From positions 1,056,001 through 1,120,000 of the forward strand of contig CAWIIP010000002.1 in assembly GCA_963836235.1 (NCBI GenBank): DNA of 64,000 bases. The letters run 5' to 3'. This DNA comes from an uncultured Pseudomonadota bacterium (lineage in GTDB: Bacteria; Oederibacteriota; Muellerivitia; Muellerivitales; Muellerivitaceae). Numbering within the stretch: position 1 is the stretch's first letter; the number at the start of each line of letters is the position of its first letter. Made by a program: the position numbers and the translations under genes. Of the stretch, positions 18,540 through 27,536 are shown in pieces. The notes beneath the pieces were generated by a model. That model was not told the DNA's origin, did not search any database, and saw nothing but the letters and a program-made list of their open reading frames with translations.

Positions 18540-21500
18540 TTATCTCAAAACCATTAACTTGGTGATGAAACGGCCTTGGGACGTTTGAACTACTACATAG
18601 TAAAGACCGTTGGCCAAGGGCGTTCCTTTCCGATCCGTTAAGGACACGGGTATGTCCGTACTTCCCGTCGCCACATTCGATAGGGTGATTTCATTTACCT
18701 TCCGAAAAGCCAAGGTGAAGATTTCAACCCTGACCTCGGAAGCCGCCGACCCCAGGGATAGCTGCACCGTTACCGGACCGGGCCCTGTCACGGGATTGGG
18801 ATAAACAATGATCGTGGCCTGCGGGGTGGGGGTTCGAGTAGGAGTAAGGATATTGACTGGCGTGCTGGTCCCCGTGGCTGAAGGAGTGAATGTTTTACTG
18901 AATGTGAAGATCGGGGTCGCCGAGGCCGTTGAAGTAAAGGTCTGAGTCGAAGAGGCCATCGGCGTCTTCGTGCTTGTGAAGCTTGAAGTCGAAGTCGGCG
19001 TCCAAGTCTGGGTGGCGGTCGGGCTGGACGTCGTGGTCGCGCTTGAGGTCGCCGTCAAAGTTGAACTGGGAGTACCCGTTGAGGTCGACGTAAGGGTCGG
19101 CGGCTGAGTGCTCGTGGGCGTTAAGGTCGGGGTTCCGGAAGGTGTGTGGCTGGCAGTCGCGGTTGAAGACGAAGTGGATGTCCAAGAAGTGGTAGTTGAT
19201 GGAGTAGCCGTCGATGTATAGGAAGCAGTCACGCTAGGAGTCATCGAGGGAGTCGAAGTCTGCGTTGAGATCGGGGTTGCCGTGGGGGAGAAGCTAGATG
19301 TGGCGGTGGGTGAATCCGTCGAAGTGTCGGTGGGAGACATGGTTTTGGAGGCGGTTGAAGAGGTGGTGGCGGTTGGAATTCCAGTAGCCGTATTGGTTGG
19401 GGATGCCGTCGCGGTGGAACTCAGTGTTGCCGTATGCGTTAAAGAAACGGTAGCCGTCGCCGAAAAGGTTGGACTATTGGTGGCGCTCAAAGTGGGAGTG
19501 GGGGTGAAGGTAGCTGTGGAACTGTTGGTCCGGGTCGCCGTAGCAGTGGGTGTGAAAGTCGCCGTGTCCGTAGCGCTATTGGACGGTGTGGGTGTGGATG
19601 ACACCGTAGCGGTGGCGGAAGCCGTGGCCGTGTTGGTTCGGCTTGCGGTGAGGGACGCCGTTGGCGTCATGGAACTGGTAAGGGTGGCCGTACCGGTGGG
19701 GGTTCGGGTGAACGTCGAAGTCGGGGTGGTGGTTGTGATCCAGGTGGCCGTCTTTGTGGCCGAATCCGTGGCGGTGACCGTCGAAGAGGCGGTAGGAGTC
19801 CGCGAACTCGTCGGCGTCGCGGTCGGGCTGGCGCCGCCGCTGGTGGGAGTGGCGCTGGGTGTGGCGCAGGCCTGGAGGAGGATGGCCGGGTTCGTGAAGG
19901 AGGCCGTCCCCAGCGCCGTCGAACTGCCCGAGGCCAGGACCAGTCCCGCCTGGACCCCTGTGCCCAGGCTGACGGTCGCCTGGCCCAGCAGTTTATAGGT
20001 GGTTCCATTGGTACTGTAGTAGCCCGAGTAGGCCCCGGCGCTGCCCGTGATTTCCAGGTAAAGGGGCGACGTCGTTTGGACCGTCTGGACGCTTTGCGCG
20101 GTCTCTCCCGCGCCTTGCCAAATGAGGGACAGGGTGCCGGAGGCGTTTTGGGCCAGGGCGACATAGGCGCCTCCCGTACCGCTCAACAGAAGGCCACCTT
20201 CGGAGGAGGAACCGGTGAGGCCCAGCAGTTCGGCGGTGAGGGTGCCGTCCCCGGTCCAGGGTTGGGAGGCGAACTGTCCCTCCGTGAGGGTCGAGGAGCA
20301 CGCGGTGCCGCTGCCCGTCAAGAGCCACTGGTTGGTGAAGCTATTGAAGGAACTGGCGCCCTGGATGGACGTGCCCGGAAGATCCGCCCCCGACCAGGGT
20401 GCCGGAAGCACCAGGCTGTTCACATAAACTTCCAGGTTGGTGTAGCCGGTCGTCCCATAGGCTGCGGTGCCCGCCGCCGCGTTGGTGGTACTGATGCCGT
20501 TGGCCGCCGCCCAATAGTCGGCGATGCCGTCCCCGCTGGTGTCGGTGAAGGGCGTTCCGGCCGCCAGGGTCCCGTAGCCGTTGTTAGCCAGGCCCGTGTC
20601 GGCCTGGTTCGTGTAGATCGTTCCCGTGAGTCCCAGAGAGGACACGTCCCCGATCACGAAGTTATCGACGGCGTCCCGGGGAAAGGCGCCGCAGGATTCC
20701 ATCACGCTGGGGTAGAGGCCCATCTGGCAACCGGAAGCGGGGGCCGCGCTCAGCGTCGGGATCGAAGAGGTCGTGGGAGACCAGGGCGCGCTAAGCACGG
20801 TGACGCCGCCGCCAATGGTATTGTAGGGCGACCCATTGAGGACGCCGTCCTTGTTGCTATCCATATAATTGCCGGCGGAATAGACGCTTTGGTTGGCGTC
20901 GAACTGGAAATAGGCGTCGCCCGGGCTGGTGGTGCTGGGCCCGGTGATGAAATAGTTGCCCACGATGTCGTGGGAAAAGACGCCCCCCGTGTCGGCCACC
21001 GTATAGGCCGCCTGGAAGTTGTAGATGATGTTGTTGATGTACTGGGTGTCGGATTTGGCCAGAGGCTGGCGGTTGTGGGCGTTGACCCAGAGGTCGCGGT
21101 AGAAGGTATCGGGCCCGACCTCCACATGGGCGCCGAACTGCTGTCCGATGGGATTGGCGATGATACAGTTTTGCACCGTGAAATTGGTTACGCCCACAGC
21201 GTCCACGCCGTCAAACTGCCCGTACTCGAACGAGCAATGGTCCAGGATGATATTACTCCCGTCGCCCACGTTGATGGCGCTCTTGCCGGTATCCGGATCC
21301 TCGTTGCCCTGTCGGAAACGGACATTGCGGATGATGATATTGCTTTTCCCGCTAAGCGATATTTCGGCCGCCATAAGACCAATGCCGCCCCCGGGGGCTG
21401 TCTGGCCCTCGATGGAAAGGTTGCTGCTCACCGAAACCGCAGACAAGAGGACGACGTATCCTCCCACGTCGAACACGATGACACGGTTGCCCGCGCTGAC

Positions 21501-21746
21501 GGCATCCCGAAAGGACCCCGTTCCCGAATCATTCAGATTGGTGACATGGTAGACCGCCCCGCCCCTGCCGCCGGTGGCCGCGGCCCCAAACCCGAACGCT
21601 CCGGGGAAAGCCACGACCTGCGCCCCCGCCGGGGAGGTTAGGAAAGCAAGGAACAATCCCAGCAGGATGAAACTAAGGATTTTAAAATAACATTTCAAAC
21701 TGGAGATTCCAAAGCCATGGGCTGAATGAATTTTATCCATCTTCAT
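18540..21746 (-). CDS. PL1 pectate lyase + ConA/lectin-like domain + stalk + CTD
   Basis: AFPGAFGFGAAATGGRGGAVYHVTNLNDSGTGSFRDAV, GQTAPGGGI, IILDHCSF, HNRQP, and DTSGDGIADYW...GYTNLEVYVNSL. Confidence 0.88.
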   Translation of the reverse strand: MKMDKIHSAHGFGISSLKCYFKILSFILLGLFLAFLTSPAGAQVVAFPGAFGFGAAATGGRGGAVYHVTNLNDSGTGSFRDAVSAGNRVIVFDVGGYVVLLSAVSVSSNLSIEGQTAPGGGIGLMAAEISLSGKSNIIIRNVRFRQGNEDPDTGKSAINVGDGSNIILDHCSFEYGQFDGVDAVGVTNFTVQNCIIANPIGQQFGAHVEVGPDTFYRDLWVNAHNRQPLAKSDTQYINNIIYNFQAAYTVADTGGVFSHDIVGNYFITGPSTTSPGDAYFQFDANQSVYSAGNYMDSNKDGVLNGSPYNTIGGGVTVLSAPWSPTTSSIPTLSAAPASGCQMGLYPSVMESCGAFPRDAVDNFVIGDVSSLGLTGTIYTNQADTGLANNGYGTLAAGTPFTDTSGDGIADYWAAANGISTTNAAAGTAAYGTTGYTNLEVYVNSLVLPAPWSGADLPGTSIQGASSFNSFTNQWLLTGSGTACSSTLTEGQFASQPWTGDGTLTAELLGLTGSSSEGGLLLSGTGGAYVALAQNASGTLSLIWQGAGETAQSVQTVQTTSPLYLEITGSAGAYSGYYSTNGTTYKLLGQATVSLGTGVQAGLVLASGSSTALGTASFTNPAILLQACATPSATPTSGGASPTATPTSSRTPTASSTVTATDSATKTATWITTTTPTSTFTRTPTGTATLTSSMTPTASLTASRTNTATASATATVSSTPTPSNSATDTATFTPTATATRTNSSTATFTPTPTLSATNSPTFSATATVSLTHTATLSSTATASPTNTATGIPTATTSSTASKTMSPTDTSTDSPTATSSFSPTATPISTQTSTPSMTPSVTASYTSTATPSTTTSWTSTSSSTATASHTPSGTPTLTPTSTQPPTLTSTSTGTPSSTLTATSSATTTSSPTATQTWTPTSTSSFTSTKTPMASSTQTFTSTASATPIFTFSKTFTPSATGTSTPVNILTPTRTPTPQATIIVYPNPVTGPGPVTVQLSLGSAASEVRVEIFTLAFRKVNEITLSNVATGSTDIPVSLTDRKGTPLANGLYYVVVQTSQGRFITKLMVLR

Positions 21747-24700
21747 TTACCTCAATACCAATAGCCGGGTGATGAACCGCCCTTGGGGTGTCTGGATTAT
21801 TAAGTAGTAAAGGCCATTGGCCAAGGGAACCCCCTTTTGGTCGGTCAAGGGTAAGGCCTCATTCGTCATTCCTGCCGGAACATTCTGCAGGGTGATTTCA
21901 TTTACCCTTCTGAAAGCTGTGGTGAAAACAAAAATTTGAACTTGTCCGGGCGAAGACAAGGTGAACTGAAGCGTCACCGGTCCCGTCGCCGGATTCGGGA
22001 ATAGCACCACTCCATTCTTACCTGGGGGCGTGGATATTTGAGTGGGGGTATAGGTGTCGGCCGCTATGCTGGTGCCCGTTGCCGTGGGAGTTCCAGTGAA
22101 AGTAAAACTCGGGGTTAACGTGGACGTGGGTGATGCCGTCAAAGTGAAAGTCGCCGTCAAGGAAGCCGTCGGGGTTTTCGTGTTGATGAGGGTAAAAGTG
22201 GCCGTAGCGGTCGGCGTCCAAGTTCGGGTAGCGGTGAAGCTGGATGTTGCTGTGAAAGTGGGGGTGTAGCTGGAAGTAAAAATCCCTGTCGCGGTGAGTG
22301 TAGGGGTCAGCGACGGGGTTCCCGTCGAGGTCAACGTCGGTGTTCCAGAGGGCGTGGAACTCGAAGTAGCCGTGGCGGGGGAGGTATGAGTCGGGCTGGA
22401 GGTCACCGAAGGCGTCCAAGTCACCGTTGGCGTCGGGCTCCCTGTGGGGGATGCCGTCCCGGTCGCCGTTGAAGAAACGGTAGGAGTCCACGAAGTCGTA
22501 CTTGATGGCGTGGCCGTCAAGATGCGGGAGGCTGTCGCGCTTGGAGTCGCCGTATTGGTAGTCAAAGGTGTCATCGAATCCGTCGGCGTATTCGTCCAGG
22601 TTATTGTGAGCGAGGGCGTAGCCGTTGCCGAACTGATGGGGGTTGACGTCGGGGTGGCGGTATCAACCGGGGTATTCGTGGGTGTATCCGTTAGGGTGAA
22701 AACCCTAGTATCTGTGGGGGTACCCGTTGATGTCGACGACAGGGTGGCCGTGTTCGAAGGAGTCGAACTTGTGGTTTTGGTGGGTGAGGCCGAGGACGTC
22801 GGGGTGGATGTAGTCGAAGCTGTCGGTGTATTCATGGCCGTATTCGTACGTGTGGCGGTGGCCGTTGATGAAACAGTAGCCGTCAGGGTCGAGGTTGAAG
22901 TCGAGATCGTTGTAGAGGTCGGCGTTCTCGTGGATGAAGAAGTGGCCGAGGATGTGGGTGACGAACTGGCTGTGATCGAGGGAGTGTCGGTGGCGGTTTT
23001 TGTTGCGGTTGGCGAGGCCGAGGACGTCGGGGAGGACGTGGCCGAAGCTGTCGGTGTATTCATGGCTGTATTGGTGCGGGTGGCTGTTGCCGTTAAAGTA
23101 ACGGTCGAAGTGGGACTATTGATACGAGTTGGGGTAGGGGTTGAAGTGGCCGTCCGGGTGGCCGTGGAAGTAGGGTTACTTGTAGGAGTGCCGGTCGGCG
23201 TGGTGGTAACCCCGCTGACCGAGAATTGAAATTGCTGCAGGGGACAGACGCCCGTACCGGTGTATTGAACGTACACATCATGAACGCCCGTCGTACTCAC
23301 ATAAGAGGCAGGCAAAGGAACCGTGATGGTCGCGGGGCCGGTCACGTTCACCGTCGTGGTAACCGCCACGCTTCCGGTCAGGCTGTCCAACACGAATCGC
23401 AAAGGCCCGGTACAGCTTCCGGCGAAAACCACGGTGAGCGAATTGTACCCGCCGGTTTGAAAATCAAGATACTCATACTCGGCCCATCCGGAGGCCGACA
23501 GCGTGGCTGCGTTTGATGCCGCCTGGTACGTATACGAAACCCCGTTGTCATTGCTTCCCCCCGGCACCAGGTTGCCCGCCAGCCGCAGCACATCCACCCG
23601 GTCCAATTCCGCCTGGCCCGTTCCGGGCTGGAAGGAAATCATGTTGTAACCTTCGGTCATCGGGGCGCTTACGGTGACCGCCTGGGTCGTGGAGAAAGTC
23701 CCCGAGGCCGCTGTGGGGGGGTAAGTCACCGTCATGGCCGGGTTGCCGTCGACGGTCACCAAATGGGTGGAAGCTGTCGTCCCGGTATTAGCATAGAGGA
23801 TCCTCAGTTCGTAAGTTTCGGAAGCGAGGGCGTTGAAATGGAAAATCACTTGGCTGTCGGCGGCGGAAATGTTGTTGATATATTCACCGTTGGAAGCCGA
23901 ATCCGTCTGGGCAAAATTGACGTCCACCAGTTGGGCATGCTCGGCTTCCAGGGCATTGTGGTGGCCCATATAGGGCTGGGTCAGGTGCGGCCAGCCTTGG
24001 TTATCCCAAACGATCTCACGGTTATGGAGGTAGGGATTGCCGTTCTCGTTCGCGTTGTAATAGTGATGGCAGTAAAAGTCCCGGCGTCCGTCATGGATAG
24101 CCGACCCGCCTCCGGGACCGATGTAGATTCCATATTTTGAGAGGACTTCGGTCCCCCCTGAAGCCATCAGGTTTACCCCAGCCTCATCCACGAAAGGGCC
24201 TGTCACGCTTGCGGATCTTCCCACTCGCACGTTGTAGGTGCTACTAACACCCTGGCAGCAAGCGTCCCAGGACGTGAAAAGGTAATAATCATTCTGGTGC
24301 TCGATCATGGTGGAACCCTCTATCGCTCCCCCGCCCCGGGAAGCGAGCGAATAGATCGTCTTATTACTGGCCAACTGCTTGCCGGTGGTCGGATCAATGG
24401 CGATCATCTTGATGCCGTCCCAAAACGAACCGAAAAGCATCCAGACATTGCCGTTGAGATCCACGTAACTAGCCGGATCGATCGCGTTGTAATTGTTAGA
24501 GGTTATGGATTGGAAGACCAGGCCCTGGTCCGTCCATTGGTAATTCGCAGCAGCCGTGTCCAGGGTGGGATTGGTGGCCACGCCGATCACCGAGTTGTTG
24601 GTTCCGAAGGAGGAACAGGCGTAATAGACCCAATAAGTCCCATTGCGATACCTGGCGTCGGGTGCCCAGATGTCCGTGACGGTTGAACCTAGGATCGTGG

Positions 24701-24941
24701 TCACCCAGGTTGGCACTGCCGGAACGATGTTCCCGACAGCCGTCCAGTTGATCTCGTCGGTGGATTGGCGGATTTGCAGCAGGTTGTTCGTGGTCAGCAG
24801 GGTATAAACGCCCCGGGTATCCCGAATGACCGTGGGATCATGGGCGCCCACCAGCACTTCGGCCATCGAAGCGCCGGGACATCCGATGAGAGCGGCGAAA
24901 AGAACTGACTGAAAAATAATTTTTATTTTTTGGTTTTTCAT
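21747..24941 (-). CDS. GH43 endo-1,5-alpha-L-arabinanase + CBM35-like + CBM6-like + stalk + CTD
   Basis: AHDPTV, IWAPD, NAIDP, FGSFWDGIK, AIEG, IGPGG. Then LEAEHAQL (CBM35-like) and WAEYEYLDF...TTGVHDVY (CBM6-like). Confidence 0.88.
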   Translation of the reverse strand: MKNQKIKIIFQSVLFAALIGCPGASMAEVLVGAHDPTVIRDTRGVYTLLTTNNLLQIRQSTDEINWTAVGNIVPAVPTWVTTILGSTVTDIWAPDARYRNGTYWVYYACSSFGTNNSVIGVATNPTLDTAAANYQWTDQGLVFQSITSNNYNAIDPASYVDLNGNVWMLFGSFWDGIKMIAIDPTTGKQLASNKTIYSLASRGGGAIEGSTMIEHQNDYYLFTSWDACCQGVSSTYNVRVGRSASVTGPFVDEAGVNLMASGGTEVLSKYGIYIGPGGGSAIHDGRRDFYCHHYYNANENGNPYLHNREIVWDNQGWPHLTQPYMGHHNALEAEHAQLVDVNFAQTDSASNGEYINNISAADSQVIFHFNALASETYELRILYANTGTTASTHLVTVDGNPAMTVTYPPTAASGTFSTTQAVTVSAPMTEGYNMISFQPGTGQAELDRVDVLRLAGNLVPGGSNDNGVSYTYQAASNAATLSASGWAEYEYLDFQTGGYNSLTVVFAGSCTGPLRFVLDSLTGSVAVTTTVNVTGPATITVPLPASYVSTTGVHDVYVQYTGTGVCPLQQFQFSVSGVTTTPTGTPTSNPTSTATRTATSTPTPTRINSPTSTVTLTATATRTNTAMNTPTASATSSPTSSASPTATKTATDTPSITASSSPTSSATSSSTRTPTSTTISTSTSTLTATVSSTATATRTNTAMNTPTASTTSTPTSSASPTKTTSSTPSNTATLSSTSTGTPTDTRVFTLTDTPTNTPVDTATPTSTPISSATATPSLTITWTNTPTDSMTPLTTNTATPSATASRILTATPSSTTSWTPTVSSTATGTASPTGSPTPTVTWTPSVTSSPTHTSPATATSSSTPSGTPTLTSTGTPSLTPTLTATGIFTSSYTPTFTATSSFTATRTWTPTATATFTLINTKTPTASLTATFTLTASPTSTLTPSFTFTGTPTATGTSIAADTYTPTQISTPPGKNGVVLFPNPATGPVTLQFTLSSPGQVQIFVFTTAFRRVNEITLQNVPAGMTNEALPLTDQKGVPLANGLYYLIIQTPQGRFITRLLVLR

Positions 24942-25015
24942 TTTTATCCCACGCCTTCAAGCACGGATTTTCTAATCAAAAATTTTTATAAAGGCCCGAT
25001 ATCTTTCATTTCTTG

Positions 25016-25029
25016 TGAAACCGGTTTCA
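25016..25029. promoter_or_regulatory. Perfect palindrome TGAAACCGGTTTCA
   Basis: ~75 bp upstream of the GH43 start. Confidence 0.65.
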
Positions 25030-25096
25030 TTTCAACCGAAATAAAAATATCTTGGAAAAATTTTTACTTAGTGGGCCTTGGTAATGATTTCATTCG

Positions 25097-27502
25097 TTAT
25101 TTCCCGCCCAGGGCCGCCACACCGGAAAGAGTGACTCCCCCGCTGTCGAAGAGGGGCTCGCCCCATGGCGGATAACCCGCAACCGACTGAAGCCATTCCG
25201 GCTCCCAATAATTGATACCCATACCCAGCTTGTTCGGAACACCTTGAACCGTCGTGACCAAGTCAGTCAAGAACTGCGCCTGGCCCGCGGGCGTCAATGG
25301 ATAGGTTAGCCCCGTCCCGGTTTTCCCCGTAGTGTTCGGGTACCCCGTCTCCGCCACGTAAACTGGCTTTCCGAAAGTATTGGCGGCGTTGGTCAAGCAA
25401 GTTTGAGCCTGAGCCAAGGGTCCGTGATACTCGGGATAATAACTCTCCCCAATAATGTCGAAGCTGATCCCTTGCGAGTTGACGTTGGTGAAGTACCACT
25501 GGGTGGTAGCCCAATCGCCGCCCCGGTCGATGTGGATGATGATCTTGGGGGTCGGTTGGGAAGCGGAAACCGCTCCATCGTCCACGCCCTGGACGCCCGC
25601 CTTCATCAACATGGCGTAATTGGCCCAACCATTGACAGATATTCTTCCGCCCGGCCCTCCCGTTGTGGCCGGCCACAACAAGCCGTCGGTAATCTCGTTG
25701 CCAACCGCCACGTAATCGGGCATGGCGCCACCCGCAGCCAGGGTTGTGATGACGTTTTGGGTGTAATCATGCACTTGGGTGGCTAGCGCAGCCTGTGTCG
25801 TGATACCCGCCCAAGCGGCGGGCATGGTTTGGTGGCCCGGATCAGCCCAGGTATCGGAGTAGTGGATATCAAGATAAAACTTCAATCCGGCGGCCTTGAT
25901 CTGTGCCCCCAAGGCCGTGTCGTAGGCTAGGTTGTTAACATAAACCTGGGTGCCGTTGGGATTTACCCAGAGTCTCACTCGCATGATGCTGTAATCATGA
26001 TCCGTGGCGATGGAAAGCAGGTTCTCCGCAGCAGGATTTTTGTAAACCACACCTTGGCTGAGCATGGTGGGCAAGAGGGAAATGTCCCAACCGTTCAAAA
26101 GGCCATTGGGAGAAACCGCCAAAGTAGGCGTGGGGACAGCAATAGAGGTGTGAGTTGCTGTCGCCGTGGGAGTACCGGTTCGGGTGCTGGTAACGGTTGA
26201 AGTTGGACTACCGGTGGCTGTGCGGCTCGGAGTGAACGTCAGCGATAAGGTTGGAGTTGCCGTAGTCGAATTTGTCACCGTCGCGGACGGTGTCCGTGAA
26301 ACCGTCCCAGTGGCTGTTCCTGTCGATGTTCCCGTAGGAGATTGGGTTTCAGTTCTGGTACTTGTAGAAGAAGGCGTTGAAGTATTTTGGGAAGTATTGG
26401 ATGGGGTGGAAGTAGGAGTCTTGCTTACGGTCAGGGTTGCCGTGGAGGTCGCGGAACTTGTCGAGGAAGGAGTCGAGGTAGGTGTCCGGCTGGAACTAGA
26501 CGTAACTGTTGCGGTAAATGTCAGCGTGTTCGACTGTGTAGCAGTCGAGGTTACCGTAGAAGTCGCCGTGTTAGTTGCGGAAGCTGTCGCCGAAGCGGTT
26601 GAGGTGGGTGTTTGGCTAAAACGAGGTGTGTTTTGCGGAGTATTGGTAAATGTTCCAGTCGGGGAAAATGTGGAAGTAGACGACGACGTGGAAGTCCCCG
26701 TCTTTGTGGCCGAAGACGTCGTCGAAGCGGTTGAGGTGGGTGTTTGGCTGAAAGTGGATGTGTTTTGTGGGGTATTAGTGGAGGTTCCTGTAGGTGACAT
26801 GGTAGAAGTGGACGACAACGTGAAAGTCCCAGTGGGGGAAAGAGTATTCGTAGAGACAATCGTAAGGGTGGCAGTATTGGAGGGCGTCGAGGTTAATGTT
26901 TTCGTTGAGGTAAATGTTCCCGTTGGTGACAGTGTGGGGGTAGAAGAGGGTGTAGATGTTTGAGAGGGGGGCGGGGTGTTTGTTGGGATCATCGTCGGAG
27001 TAGACGTATTGGGCATCGTGAACGTCGAAGAAACCGTTGATGTCAACGTTCCCGTAGAGGACGGAGTCGGAGAATCTTGCGGGGTATTCGTTGTGGAAGA
27101 AGTTGGAGTCAATGTCGTCGTATTCACAAGAGTCGGGGTGGGAGTGGTGGTAATGGTCCAGGTGTGAGTCAAAGTCGGTGAGGGTGAATTCGTAGTTGTT
27201 CCCGTGAAGGAAGCCGTCGGCGAAGGCAAGAATGTGTCGGTCTTGGTAGCGGTGACCGTTGACGTCGGAGTCATCGTAGCCGAGGACGTCGGCGAAGCGG
27301 TCGCCGATGATGTTGCCGTGGAACTCGGAGTAGACGAGACGGAAGAACTTTGGGTGGAGGAAACCGTGGGTGTATCCGATGGCGTAGGGGTTTCAGTGTC
27401 TCTCAAGTATGGATGCGTTGGTGACACGTTGATGGGACGGGTACAAGAAACTGACATCAATAGTCCCAAAACTAGCCATATCGAAAAAGCCAACTTCTTC
27501 AT
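25097..27502 (-). CDS. Lipoprotein: N-terminal Thr/Ser stalk + C-terminal GH53 endo-beta-1,4-galactanase
   Basis: Lipobox LLMSVSC. GH53 motifs GWDIS, RVRLWVNP, LDIHYSDTWADPGHQ, VGNEI, SYYP, VAETGYP, YWEP. No CTD. Start at MKKLAF (27502) or GTG 27514. Confidence 0.9.
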   Translation of the reverse strand: MKKLAFSIWLVLGLLMSVSCTRPINVSPTHPYLRDTETPTPSDTPTVSSTQSSSVSSTPSSTATSSATASPTSSATMTPTSTVTATKTDTFLPSPTASFTGTTTNSPSPTLTHTWTITTTPTPTLVNTTTLTPTSSTTNTPQDSPTPSSTGTLTSTVSSTFTMPNTSTPTMIPTNTPPPSQTSTPSSTPTLSPTGTFTSTKTLTSTPSNTATLTIVSTNTLSPTGTFTLSSTSTMSPTGTSTNTPQNTSTFSQTPTSTASTTSSATKTGTSTSSSTSTFSPTGTFTNTPQNTPRFSQTPTSTASATASATNTATSTVTSTATQSNTLTFTATVTSSSSRTPTSTPSSTSSATSTATLTVSKTPTSTPSNTSQNTSTPSSTSTRTETQSPTGTSTGTATGTVSRTPSATVTNSTTATPTLSLTFTPSRTATGSPTSTVTSTRTGTPTATATHTSIAVPTPTLAVSPNGLLNGWDISLLPTMLSQGVVYKNPAAENLLSIATDHDYSIMRVRLWVNPNGTQVYVNNLAYDTALGAQIKAAGLKFYLDIHYSDTWADPGHQTMPAAWAGITTQAALATQVHDYTQNVITTLAAGGAMPDYVAVGNEITDGLLWPATTGGPGGRISVNGWANYAMLMKAGVQGVDDGAVSASQPTPKIIIHIDRGGDWATTQWYFTNVNSQGISFDIIGESYYPEYHGPLAQAQTCLTNAANTFGKPVYVAETGYPNTTGKTGTGLTYPLTPAGQAQFLTDLVTTVQGVPNKLGMGINYWEPEWLQSVAGYPPWGEPLFDSGGVTLSGVAALGGK

Positions 27503-27536
27503 CTTTCGGCACACTTTCTTAATTAAAAATATCTGA

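Noticed and set aside
20076-21641. 521-aa + strand ORF
   Set aside because: It is antisense to the GC-rich PL1 domain and has no recognisable motifs.
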